A stretch of 62,910 bases of DNA, filler included, from a bacterium (GTDB lineage: Bacteria > JBBIVP01): NCBI GenBank assembly GCA_037439705.1. It is 3 parts of 3 records of this genome, joined end to end, with 100 filler letters (N's around TTAATTAATTAA, not from the genome) between each part and the next. Parts side by side here need not be neighbours in the genome. Positions count along the whole stretch, not along the records: positions 1 to 21,444 come from JBBIVP010000013.1; 2 more parts are not named here. One strand, given 5' to 3'. This document shows positions 8,645-18,484 of the stretch, piece by piece. Numbering within the stretch: the first letter of the stretch is position 1; the number at the start of each line of letters is the position of its first letter. A program made the translations under genes and the position numbers. Under the pieces are notes generated by a model. It ran no database searches, was not told where the DNA came from, and saw nothing but the letters and a program-made list of their open reading frames with translations.

Positions 8645-9907
8645 ATGATGAGAAACTTCATTATAATTTTAATTGTCCTGTTTATTGCAGTGTTTTATCT
8701 TTTGTATCACAATCCCGACCCTGTCTCTTTCAAATTTGGTGGAAAAGAGATAAAAACCTATATACCGATTCTTACAGGAGTTTCTTTTCTTATTGGTGTT
8801 ATTTTTTCTTTTCTCCTTCAACTTTTTTCCATGATTTCTGATTGGGCACGCGATACTTTTATAAAATTTAAAACCTTAAAGGAAAGAAAGGTGATGCGAC
8901 TTCTTTCTTCAGCAAAAGAAGCATTTGAAGTGGGAGATATTGAAGAGGCTTTAAAGATAGCTGAGCAATGTATAGAAATGAAAGCCAGTTCCTCTGATGT
9001 AAATGTTTTTCTCGCAAAACTAAAAATTGCAATAAATTCAGTTGATGATGCTATAAGGATATTGAGGGAAGAGGTCTCAAAAGAAAATCCTCCACTTGAG
9101 ACTGTGCTTATGTATCTTAATCTTTCTCTGAAAAAAGAACTACCAGATGCCATAGAAATTGGAAAAAAGAAATTAGAAAACGATGGAAAGTATCCTATGC
9201 TTTTGAGGGTTATGGCAAGGGCATGTGATCATGATGAGGATCTTGAGTACCAGAGGAGATTACTAAAGATAAACGGATGGGACAGAGAGACAGAGAGGAG
9301 GTATTATGCCTACCTTCTTTTCAGAAGCGGTGAGGAAAAAATGGCAAGGGAAGATGAGGATGGGATAAAGCTCATTAAAAAATCAATGGAACTTTTTCCG
9401 TTTTTTACTCCAGCTGTTAGTGAACTTATAAAACTTCATGTGAAAAAGGGAGAGATAAAAAGGGCGAAGGAACTGACTTATGAGGCTTTTACCAGAAACC
9501 AGTCCCATTCCGTTCTCATTTCACTTGAAAAAGAACTTCTTGATGCAAACCAGCCTGCTGAAGCAATTGAATTTTATAATGAACTTTATGAAAAAATAGA
9601 CGATATTGATATTAAATTTCTCATGGTGAAACTTTTTTTGAAACTTGAAATGATTGAGTCCGCTGAAGAGATTATGAAAGAATTCCCGCAGGAAGTAATT
9701 GATTTAAGACCATTCAAATACCTTTCAGCAATTCTTTTGGCAAAGAAGAAAGATTTTCCCCCCGCTTATAAAATAGTGGAGAACATAATGGAAAGCGGAT
9801 GTTTTAATTTATGGAGGTGCTCTGTATGTAAATGGGACGGTAGCGCTTATTTTATGATATGCCCCAGTTGTGGAAGCGTTGATACGATAAGAATGAATTT
9901 TCAATGA
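8645..9907 (+). CDS. LapA-domain/TPR/rubredoxin-like LPS assembly protein (LapA-LapB fusion)
   Basis: Two N-terminal TMs around NPDPVSFKF (LapA-like), TPR helices, C-terminal WRCSVC...CPSCG as in LapB. Confidence 0.75.
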   Translation: MMRNFIIILIVLFIAVFYLLYHNPDPVSFKFGGKEIKTYIPILTGVSFLIGVIFSFLLQLFSMISDWARDTFIKFKTLKERKVMRLLSSAKEAFEVGDIEEALKIAEQCIEMKASSSDVNVFLAKLKIAINSVDDAIRILREEVSKENPPLETVLMYLNLSLKKELPDAIEIGKKKLENDGKYPMLLRVMARACDHDEDLEYQRRLLKINGWDRETERRYYAYLLFRSGEEKMAREDEDGIKLIKKSMELFPFFTPAVSELIKLHVKKGEIKRAKELTYEAFTRNQSHSVLISLEKELLDANQPAEAIEFYNELYEKIDDIDIKFLMVKLFLKLEMIESAEEIMKEFPQEVIDLRPFKYLSAILLAKKKDFPPAYKIVENIMESGCFNLWRCSVCKWDGSAYFMICPSCGSVDTIRMNFQ

Positions 9908-10200
9908 TAAGGTTCATATTAAAAGTCATCTTATTTTTCATACTTGCTGTTTTCATACTCTATTTATTTGAATCTGGAATGGTAAAAAAGGGAAAGGATT
10001 ACCTTTTCAAAAAGACACAGGTTCAGAAGATAATAGATGAAAAGGAGAAAAAAATTAAGGAGGGAATAAAGAGGAAAATTGATGAGAAACTCTCAGATGA
10101 AAAAATTTATGAAAAACTCCCGAAGCAGAAAGAGGTGGAGAAATATACCGAAGAAGAAAAGAAGGAGTTGGAAGAAATAATTAAAAAAAGTTCACCTTAA
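9904..10200 (+). CDS. Hypothetical protein with N-terminal membrane anchor and Lys/Glu-rich tail
   Basis: ATGA overlap with the upstream gene; hydrophobic N-terminus. Confidence 0.65.
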   Translation: MIRFILKVILFFILAVFILYLFESGMVKKGKDYLFKKTQVQKIIDEKEKKIKEGIKRKIDEKLSDEKIYEKLPKQKEVEKYTEEEKKELEEIIKKSSP

Positions 10201-10230
10201 AATTATTTTAAGTCCCGAAAAAAACCAAAC

Positions 10231-11469
10231 TCATTCGTAAACCTTCTCTTCCTCGGCGTTGGATTCTGCTGCATCTTCTTCTACATTTCTTGAGGGGGGC
10301 TTTTCCATTTCAAGAACTTCTTTGTAGTATTCGTGTTGAATTATAAGGTTCATTACTTCACTCGTTCCTGTCCATATTATTCCAAGTCTTGCATCCCTTA
10401 AAGCCCTTTCAATTGGATATACATTCGTATATCCGATACCGCCCATTATTTGCATAGTATTGTTTATAACTTCCCATGCTGTTTCAGTAGCAAACTTTTT
10501 GGCTTCTGAAACCAGCCTTCTCGTATAACCTGTGTTTCCAAATTTATCCACTGCTGAAGCTGCAAAATAAACAAGTCCCCTTGCTGCATCAAGTTTTGTA
10601 ATGCTCTCCGCCACTTTGAAACTTACTCCTTGAAATTCGCGAATTTTTTTCCCGAAAGCCTTTCTTTTATCGCTGTACCTGGTTGCTATCTCAAGGGCAC
10701 TTCTTGCTCCTCCGATTGCTCCAGCTGCTGAGGTCATCCTTTCAGGTATCATCATCTGATAAAATATCTCTGCTCCTCTGGTTTCTCCGTAAAGGATATT
10801 TTCCTGCGGGACCTTTGTATTTCTGAAAATTATTCTTCCTGCACCACCTCCTCTTGTTCCGAGAAGTCCATAAAGATATTTTACTTCTACTCCCATTTCC
10901 CTTTCCACTATAAAAGCACTCAAAGATTTATGAGGCAGGGAAGGGTCTCCAGTTCTGGCGTAAACAAGAAATATATCTGCTCCTTCTGCTCCTACCACAA
11001 ATCTCTTCTGTCCGTTTAGAATGTAATAATTTCCCTCTTTCTTTGCTACAGTTGTTGTTCCAAAAAAGTCAGAACCACCTCTCGGTTCGGTAAGGGCTTC
11101 TGCGCAGAAAATTTCTCCTTTAAGGAGGGGTTTTAGATATCTTTCCTTCTGTTCTTCTGTTCCAAAAACATTTATTGCTTCTCCCACAATACTTACAAGG
11201 GAATAGAGGCACGCAAGGGATGAGCCGAGAACTCCAACTTCTTCAAGAGCGATTATTTCATCCACCCATTTTAACTCCCTTCCACCGTATTTTTTAGGAA
11301 ATCTCAGTCCAAGGAGATTTCTCTGGGCTACTGAAACTACATATTCTCTTGGATACCGAACTTTATCAGCATCCATATCTATCAATAGTTGTTTTGGGAC
11401 TGACTTTACGAAATCCCTTACTTCATTTCGCAGTCTTTTTTGTTCTTCATTCAAAACTGGTTCAAGCAT
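10231..11469 (-). CDS. Acyl-CoA dehydrogenase
   Basis: [48 protein letters not shown]. Confidence 0.95.
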   Translation of the reverse strand: MLEPVLNEEQKRLRNEVRDFVKSVPKQLLIDMDADKVRYPREYVVSVAQRNLLGLRFPKKYGGRELKWVDEIIALEEVGVLGSSLACLYSLVSIVGEAINVFGTEEQKERYLKPLLKGEIFCAEALTEPRGGSDFFGTTTVAKKEGNYYILNGQKRFVVGAEGADIFLVYARTGDPSLPHKSLSAFIVEREMGVEVKYLYGLLGTRGGGAGRIIFRNTKVPQENILYGETRGAEIFYQMMIPERMTSAAGAIGGARSALEIATRYSDKRKAFGKKIREFQGVSFKVAESITKLDAARGLVYFAASAVDKFGNTGYTRRLVSEAKKFATETAWEVINNTMQIMGGIGYTNVYPIERALRDARLGIIWTGTSEVMNLIIQHEYYKEVLEMEKPPSRNVEEDAAESNAEEEKVYE

Positions 11470-11490
11470 ATATTCATTTTAGCAATTATT

Positions 11491-12066
11491 TTAATAATTT
11501 TCTACCAGAACTTCAAAATAATCCCTTGGATGGTTACAGGAAGGACAGGTTTCAGGGACTTCTTTTCCTTCGTGGACATATCCACAGTTTCTGCACCTCC
11601 ATTTTACCTCTTTATCCTTCTTAAAAACCCTATCCTTCTCCACATTTTCAAGAAGGGCGAGATATCTTTTCTCGTGATATTTTTCAGCTACTGCAATTGC
11701 TCTGAATACTTTCGCAATTTCCGAAAATCCCTCCTCTTCAGCGATTTTTGCAAACTCAGGATACATCTTTGTATGTTCATAGTTTTCTCCTTCAGCAGAT
11801 GCTTTTAAATTTTGGGCTGTGTTCCCAATAACTCCGGCAGGAAAAGATGCCTGAATTTCTACTACTCCACCTTCAAGAAATTTGAACAATCTTTTCGCGT
11901 GTTCCTTTTCGTTATCAGCAGTTTCAAGAAAAATTGCAGATATCTGTTCAAATCCTTCTTTCTTTGCCTGTGAGGCAAAATAAGTGTACCTGTTTCTTGC
12001 CTGCGATTCACCAGCAAAGGCTGTCAAAAGATTTTTCTCCGTCCTTGTTCCTTTCAAACTCTTCAT
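11491..12066 (-). CDS. rbr: Rubrerythrin
   Basis: [23 protein letters not shown]-terminal rubredoxin WRCRNCG...CPSCNHP. Confidence 0.97.
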   Translation of the reverse strand: MKSLKGTRTEKNLLTAFAGESQARNRYTYFASQAKKEGFEQISAIFLETADNEKEHAKRLFKFLEGGVVEIQASFPAGVIGNTAQNLKASAEGENYEHTKMYPEFAKIAEEEGFSEIAKVFRAIAVAEKYHEKRYLALLENVEKDRVFKKDKEVKWRCRNCGYVHEGKEVPETCPSCNHPRDYFEVLVENY

Positions 12067-12095
12067 AGTTCAACCTCCTTTTTTAATTTCAATCT

Positions 12096-12124
12096 ATTTT
12101 AATAATTTTTTTAAATTTTGTCAA
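12096..12124 (-). promoter_or_regulatory. Near-consensus sigma70 promoter for rbr-ACAD
   Basis: Minus strand TTGACA, 17-bp spacer, TAAAAT; RBS AAGGAGG. Confidence 0.7.
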
Positions 12125-12372
12125 GTTATTGTGTGAGTTATTAGAGATAATTCTGGGGTTCTGAATGAGAAAAATACCTATCAATTTTAAATAAAAATTT
12201 GTGGGAGGGAAGATAAATTTTTTCCATTTTCAAATTCCTCGTGTATCCTCTGTACACTGAAAATACCCCACTTAACCCCATTTAAAATTGTTAAAATCTT
12301 GACTGTGTAGTGTACTTTATTTGCTTGAAAAATAAAATTTTTTAAAATATATTGTCATTAAGGTATATTTTA

Positions 12373-15300
12373 ATGAAAGGGATAAGGCTAAAAGCCATAG
12401 AAATTTCAGGTTTTAAGTCTTTTCCAGAGAAGACAATTATTGAAATTCCTGATGAGATTACATCTATAATAGGTCCGAATGGATGTGGAAAGAGCAACAT
12501 TTTTGATGCTATAAAATGGTGTATAGGTGAACATTCCCTAAAATCCCTCAGAATAAAATCTTCTGATGAGGTTTTATTCGCCGGAAACGAAAAAAGAAAG
12601 CCTGCAAATATGTGCGAGGTTGCTATTATACTGGAAGGAGAGATTGTCAAAAAACTGGAGAGGGTTCCTGAAATAAGAGTAGAAAGGAGGTTATACAGAG
12701 GAGGAGAAAGCGAATATTTTGTGAACGAAAGAAATGTAAAATTAAAAGATATTTATGATTTTCTTCTTGAAATAGGGTTTTCTTCTGACAGCATTGCTAT
12801 TGTTGAACAGGGGGAGATAACAAACATTGCAACTGCAAAGCCTGAGGACCTTAGATTATACTTAGATGAAGCCAGCGGGATAACGAAATATAAATTGAGA
12901 TATAGGGAAGCTTTAAAGAAACTGGAATTTACGAAGAGTGAACTTCAGAGGGTTGATGATGTGCTTTCAGAGGTAAAGAGGCAGATGAATCTTGTTCAGA
13001 AATATGCAAAAAAAGCGGAAAAGGCAAAGCTCTTAAAAGAAAGGATAAAAGAACTTGAGTTGATGGTTTACGGTAACGAATTCAGGGAAAAGGATAAAAA
13101 ACTTACCTCATTAAATTCCATTCTTTCAGAAATAAACGAAAAAATAATGTTGAACAAAACAGAAATTTCTGAACTGGAAAGAAATCTTGAGGAGATTTCA
13201 TCTTCTATGAGGGACGAAGAGTCATTTATTGCTCAAAAAGAGGAAGAACTTAAAACAATGCTGGAGAAAGAATCAAAACTTCAAAAGGAGATATCATTTC
13301 TTTATTCCTCAATGATTGTAAAAGAACAGAAGTTTCAATCCCTGTGCAGGTCAATCGGAGAGATTGTTGAAAGAATGGAGATGTTGAGGAAGAAAAAACA
13401 GGAACTTGAAAAATTAAAACTGGAAACCGAACTGCTCGTGAAAAAGGCAGATGAAGAAAGAAACAGAGTTAGAGAGAGGATAGATTCTTTGAGGACTAAA
13501 ATTGAAATGTTATCAAAAGATGCATTGGCGATGAGAGAACTTGTTTTTGAACTTTCAAGTTCTGCTCTCAAGATAAAAGGAGAAATGATAGACAAAAAGA
13601 GGGAGAGGGATTTGAGGATGAGGGAATTGGAGAAAAGGCTTAAAGAAAAAGAGTCCATCCTGAATTCCCTTTCCATTCTTGGAGAAATTCAGGAATCACT
13701 GAAAAAGGGAAAAGAGGAAGTGGAGTCTGTTGTTTCATCATCACTTGCTAAAAAAGAAGAATTGAAAAATGAAATGATTTCCACAGGACAAAAAATTAAA
13801 GAAATTGAAACTGCTCTTTCAAAACTTAAAGAAGAAAGAGAAGAGGTTCTTACAAAATATGAAGCCATTGAAAAATTGAAAATGGAATACGGATTTTATG
13901 AGGATGGTGTGAAATTCCTTTTAAAAAATATGGGAGAAAATGGATTCAGGGGAACACTTGCAGATTCAATTGAGGTGGAGACAGGATACGAAAGGGCATT
14001 TGAATCTGCTGTCAGAGGATATGTAAGTGCAATAATTGTCAAAGATATAAAAATTGCTCTGGAAGGGATAAAAGAGTTAAAGGAAAAAGGAGCAGGTGAA
14101 GCTGGATTTTTTGTTTTGAACGGAAGGATAAATAGTTCCAGAAATGAACTGAATCATCCTGAAATCATTGGAAGGGTTTCTGAATTTATAAGGGCAAAAA
14201 ATGAGGATGGAGAAAAAATAAGGGAAATTATGGACAATGTTTTTATAGTTAAAGGTGCTACTTCCTTTGAGAAAATTCCAGCCGAGTATGTAGAGAAAGG
14301 AGTGTTTGTTACGATGGATGGAGATATATTTGAAAAGGGATTTCTTCTACACGGTGGAAAAGGAAGTGGCGGAGTTTTTTCGAAAGAAAGAGAATTAAAG
14401 GAACTTTCAGAAAGAGAAAAACGAATTTCCACGGGCATTTCTTCAATCTCTACTGAACTTTCAGAACTTGAGGAAAAGAGAGTAAATCTTGAGAAGGAGA
14501 TATTAAACCTTGAGGAAAAAATAAAAGAGTATGAAAAAAGAGCTTTTGAGATAAATCATAACTTTTCCTATAACGAAAAGGAAATGGGGCGTCTTCGGGC
14601 AGGATTGAATGTTGTGGAAGAAGAGATAAAGAGGTTCAATGATGAAATAAATAGACTGGAAGAAGAAGAGAGAAATCTTGAGAAAAAACTTGAAGAAGCA
14701 GAAACTGCAGGCAGAGAGATAAAAACAAGGGAAGAAAATGTAGAAGGAACCACGGACGAGCTGGAAAAGCAACTCCGGGAAGAAACTTCTTCCCTTGCTG
14801 AAAAAGAGGGTTTCTTTTCAAGGGTGCAAACCGATTTTAAAAATTTATTAAAAGAAATTGAAAATATAGAAACCGAACTTTCAAATCTCCAGAAAAGGGG
14901 ATTGGAAATATATTCAGAAGTTTTGAAGTTATCTTTTGAGAGAATTTATGATGAGGCGAAACTTAGAAGTCTAAGGGAAGAACTTAAGAGAATTCAGACT
15001 CATCTTGAAGATATACACCAGGAAATTGAAAGCAGAAGAGGTGGTATTTCAAGGCTTCTTGAAAGAAGAGAGGAGATACACAGAAAGATAATTGAAAAAA
15101 GGGAGGAGATGGAAAATATCATAAACGAAAAGACATCTGTTTCCGAAGAAAGGGCACAGATGGAGACTTCAATTTCTTATATAAAGGATGAAATCCAGAA
15201 AAAATATGGACTGGATGTTGAAAAGGTTGATGTTCCGGAGGTGCTGGAGCCGTCGTTAAAACAGGAATTAAAAGAAAAAATTGAAGAACTTGAGAAACTT

Positions 15301-15894
15301 GGTGATTTATCAATGCATGCACTTGATGAGTATGAGGAACTGTCCGGCAGATATTCGTTTTTATCCACCCAGAAAGAAGACCTGCTCAATGCTATAAAAG
15401 ATATTGAAAACCTCATAAAAAAAATAAGAGAAGAAACAAAGGATATTTTCCGCGAGTCCTTTCAACAGGTTGAAAAAAGGTTTAATGAACTGATACCACT
15501 TCTTATGGATGGTGGGAAAGGCGAAATAAAGATAGTAAATCCTGATGACCTTTTTGATTCAGGAATAGAACTCTTCGTTCAGCCATCCGGAAAAAAGTTG
15601 AAACACATGGGACTTCTTTCTGGAGGTGAAAAAGCCCTTGTGGCACTGGGTTTTATATTTTCCATCCTTTCCATCAAAAATGTTCCCTTCGCATTTTTTG
15701 ACGAGATAGATGCTCCCCTTGATGATATCAACATCCATAGGTTTTTATCCGTGTTGAAAAAGATGGCAGAAAGCTCCCAGATAATCATCATAACCCACAA
15801 TAAATTGACAATGAGTAATGCAAATGCTCTCTACGGAGTTTCTATGGAAGAACCCGGAGTATCAAAACTTATCTCTGTGAGACTTAAAACTTGA
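12373..15894 (+). CDS. smc: Chromosome segregation ATPase SMC (ATG at 12373 preferred over the upstream TTG at 12352)
   Basis: Walker A GPNGCGKSN, long coiled coils with a hinge (GFRGTLADSIEV), LSGGEK signature, DEIDAPLD, ITH, YGVSMEEPGVS. Confidence 0.96.
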   Translation: MKGIRLKAIEISGFKSFPEKTIIEIPDEITSIIGPNGCGKSNIFDAIKWCIGEHSLKSLRIKSSDEVLFAGNEKRKPANMCEVAIILEGEIVKKLERVPEIRVERRLYRGGESEYFVNERNVKLKDIYDFLLEIGFSSDSIAIVEQGEITNIATAKPEDLRLYLDEASGITKYKLRYREALKKLEFTKSELQRVDDVLSEVKRQMNLVQKYAKKAEKAKLLKERIKELELMVYGNEFREKDKKLTSLNSILSEINEKIMLNKTEISELERNLEEISSSMRDEESFIAQKEEELKTMLEKESKLQKEISFLYSSMIVKEQKFQSLCRSIGEIVERMEMLRKKKQELEKLKLETELLVKKADEERNRVRERIDSLRTKIEMLSKDALAMRELVFELSSSALKIKGEMIDKKRERDLRMRELEKRLKEKESILNSLSILGEIQESLKKGKEEVESVVSSSLAKKEELKNEMISTGQKIKEIETALSKLKEEREEVLTKYEAIEKLKMEYGFYEDGVKFLLKNMGENGFRGTLADSIEVETGYERAFESAVRGYVSAIIVKDIKIALEGIKELKEKGAGEAGFFVLNGRINSSRNELNHPEIIGRVSEFIRAKNEDGEKIREIMDNVFIVKGATSFEKIPAEYVEKGVFVTMDGDIFEKGFLLHGGKGSGGVFSKERELKELSEREKRISTGISSISTELSELEEKRVNLEKEILNLEEKIKEYEKRAFEINHNFSYNEKEMGRLRAGLNVVEEEIKRFNDEINRLEEEERNLEKKLEEAETAGREIKTREENVEGTTDELEKQLREETSSLAEKEGFFSRVQTDFKNLLKEIENIETELSNLQKRGLEIYSEVLKLSFERIYDEAKLRSLREELKRIQTHLEDIHQEIESRRGGISRLLERREEIHRKIIEKREEMENIINEKTSVSEERAQMETSISYIKDEIQKKYGLDVEKVDVPEVLEPSLKQELKEKIEELEKLGDLSMHALDEYEELSGRYSFLSTQKEDLLNAIKDIENLIKKIREETKDIFRESFQQVEKRFNELIPLLMDGGKGEIKIVNPDDLFDSGIELFVQPSGKKLKHMGLLSGGEKALVALGFIFSILSIKNVPFAFFDEIDAPLDDINIHRFLSVLKKMAESSQIIIITHNKLTMSNANALYGVSMEEPGVSKLISVRLKT

Positions 15895-17372
15895 AATTCC
15901 GAATAAGAAAATTAGGAATTGATACATATAATGAGGCTGTCGTATATATAAGGAGAGAAAATTTACTCCTTCCATCTCTCGGACGCCACATATTTGAAAA
16001 AGTAAGAATATGGAGAGGTAATAAGGAAATTTTTGCCACCCTTCATACACTGGATGGAATTATAGGAATAAATGAGGTGGGATTGAGCAGATATGCTTTT
16101 GAGAAACTTGGATTAAAAGAGGGAAAATATGTTTATTTTGAGCCTGCACCACCACTTGAAAGCATTGATTTTATTAAGAAAAGGATTTACGGAGAAAAAT
16201 GCACTGAAGAAGAACTTGAAAAAATCGCAAGAGATATATCAGCAGGAAGGTATTCTTCAGCAGAGATTTCTACATTTGTCATATCCGTTCATCTAAATCC
16301 ATTTTCCGACGACGAACTCTTCTGGTTCATAAGATCTGTCGTGAATAACGGAAAAAGGTTGAAACACGAAGTTTCACCGGTTCTCGACAAACACTGCATC
16401 GGTGGTGTCCCTGGGAACAGGACTTCAATGATAGTCGTTTCCATTATTGCTTCTTTGGGATTGAGGATTCCCAAAACTTCGTCCAGAGCCATTACATCTC
16501 CAGCAGGGACAGCAGATACAATGGAAGTTCTTGCAGAGGTGAAAAAGTCATCGGACGAGATAATGAAAATTCTGAAAAAGGAAAACGGGTGCATAGTGTG
16601 GGGAGGATATGTTCAACTTGCTCCAGCGGACGACATAATAATCTCGGTTGAAAGACCATTATCACTTGATGTTCAAAGTTTGATGGTATCTTCCATACTT
16701 GCCAAAAAAATTGCTGCCGGTTCGGAATACATAATTATTGACATTCCGATTGGAAAATGGACAAAGGTAAAGGATGTGAAAGACGGAACGGTTTTGAAGA
16801 AGAGACTGAAAAAGATGGCAGAAAAATTTGGGATTCATTGTGAAGTTGTATTTACCGATGGAAATTCGCCTGTAGGAAAAGGTGTTGGTCCTGTTTATGA
16901 AGCCATGGATGTTCTTTCCGTATTGAAAAACGAAAACCCTCCAATTGACCTGAAAGAAAAATCTATCAAACTTGCCGGGATTCTTCTTGAGATGTGCGGA
17001 TATGCTGAGAAGGGAACCGGAAGCGAGATTGCGAGAAAAGAACTTGAAAGCGGAAGGGCTTATGAAAAGTTTGAAAGGATAAGGACTGCTCAGGGCAGGA
17101 GAAATGTTCCTCTGAAAAGGGGAATTGGTGTTGAGGTAAAAGCAAGGGAGAGTGGAATAATAGAGGAAATTAACAATTCTGCTATTGCAAAAGTGGCAAA
17201 ATTTGCAGGTGCGCCAATGGATATATACGGGGGAGCCGAGATTTTTTGTAAACCCGGAGATAAGGTAAAAAAAGGAGATGTCCTCGCAGTTTTCTATTCT
17301 TCAAATAAAGATTCCCTTGATTTTGTAAAAAAGGCATTGAGAAAGACAGAGATATTTTCTGTTGAAAATTGA
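15891..17372 (+). CDS. AMP/NMP phosphorylase (archaeal-type thymidine phosphorylase family)
   Basis: Extra ~90-aa N-terminal domain; DKHCIGGVPGNRT, PKTSSRAITSPAGTADTMEVL, LAPADD, SILAKK, GVGPVYEA. Confidence 0.9.
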   Translation: MKFRIRKLGIDTYNEAVVYIRRENLLLPSLGRHIFEKVRIWRGNKEIFATLHTLDGIIGINEVGLSRYAFEKLGLKEGKYVYFEPAPPLESIDFIKKRIYGEKCTEEELEKIARDISAGRYSSAEISTFVISVHLNPFSDDELFWFIRSVVNNGKRLKHEVSPVLDKHCIGGVPGNRTSMIVVSIIASLGLRIPKTSSRAITSPAGTADTMEVLAEVKKSSDEIMKILKKENGCIVWGGYVQLAPADDIIISVERPLSLDVQSLMVSSILAKKIAAGSEYIIIDIPIGKWTKVKDVKDGTVLKKRLKKMAEKFGIHCEVVFTDGNSPVGKGVGPVYEAMDVLSVLKNENPPIDLKEKSIKLAGILLEMCGYAEKGTGSEIARKELESGRAYEKFERIRTAQGRRNVPLKRGIGVEVKARESGIIEEINNSAIAKVAKFAGAPMDIYGGAEIFCKPGDKVKKGDVLAVFYSSNKDSLDFVKKALRKTEIFSVEN

Positions 17373-17534
17373 TTTGGGGTAGTTAAAATTATTTTATGAT
17401 TTTTGAGAAATTAAACCTTTGAATGGGGGTGAAACGATGAAAGAAAAGGTCTTATCAAGATTGGATACCCAATGGATATTGGAAAAACATATATGTAGCA
17501 GTTATGTAGGCATCTCAACTGGAAGAAATAAATA

Positions 17535-17633
17535 ATGCCTATTCGTCTTGCAGAAATATTTGAAGATGAAAAGTTGGTAGAAAGGATAAAAAGGCGATTG
17601 CCTAAAACCAGGAACAAATCCAAGAGGTGTTGA
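17535..17633 (+). pseudogene. N-terminal remnant of a ThaI-like type II restriction endonuclease
   Basis: Translates to MPIRLAEIFEDEKLVERIKRRLP, which resembles the ThaI-family N-terminus as I recall it, then diverges and stops after 32 aa. Confidence 0.45.
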
Positions 17634-17650
17634 AATCACCAAGGTCTGCT

Positions 17651-18484
17651 ATGACAACGTTTGAAATAGGTTCTACTACTGCTAAAGGTGGTTTTGCAAA
17701 CGAGAAAGCGATATGTAATAAATTCAATAATTGGAAAAGAGATAATGAAGCCCAAATCTGGCTTCAGATTATGGGTTATAACCTAAAAGAGATAGATTCT
17801 GTAGAAGCAATTCAGATACCTACGAGAATGAAAAAAGAGGATGTTATAAAATTAGGCCTCAAAGAAACCTTTGAAGAACTTATGAAATTTAAAAAAGCAG
17901 ACGCCCAGATAAGAATTTTGATTACAATTGGAAAGATACTAAAAGTTGAAAATTCATCTTTAAAAAAGGCAAACTCTGATGCTGATTATAACCAAGTTGA
18001 TAAAAGATGGGTAGATTCATACAAAGAGATGTGGGGGTGTGATGACCAAATAGCTTTTGGTCTGAAATTATTTGCTGGCGAAATCAATCCTTATTCTTAT
18101 CCTGAAATTGTGGGGAATAAAATTTTAAGGGATAAAAGAAGAATTTTTCTTGATGAACTCCCAGAAGAACTCAAAGACAAAATTATAAGGTTCTTCATGG
18201 ATAATAAAATTCTTGTGGTTTCTGATATATTAAAAGGTAGAGGAGCTTTATCTGCAAACTGGATGCTGGTTACAAGATATAATAAAAACGATAATACAAC
18301 TACATGGATATTGAAAGACATTAATACAGCAATGAATTTTTTTGGTTCAGGTTAAGTTAAGATATCGCCAAGGGGTAGTTTATATATTGGCAGAATTACC
18401 GTGCAAAGAAAAGGCGGCACACCAGATCCAACAAAATTACAATTCAAAATAAAACCGTGTGAATTGTTTATGGTAGGGAAATGA
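17651..18484 (+). pseudogene. HinP1I-like type II restriction endonuclease with a premature TAA at 18353-18355
   Basis: GSTTAKGGFANE, NQVDKRWV..YKEMW, DILKGRG..SANWMLV; the frame continues past TAA as VKISPRGSLYIGRITVQRKGG...LQFKIKPCELF to TGA at 18484. Confidence 0.85.

Noticed and set aside
17384-17395. TAAAATTATTTT shared at the left ends of both RM cassettes (also 29800-29811)
   Set aside because: It is AT-only, also occurs at ~10198 in an unrelated context, and resembles ordinary -10 elements.
18353-18355. Stop-codon recoding or an alternative genetic code to explain the in-frame stops
   Set aside because: The internal stops are of mixed types (TAA, TAG) and confined to decayed genes, while TAA, TAG and TGA all terminate core genes normally.
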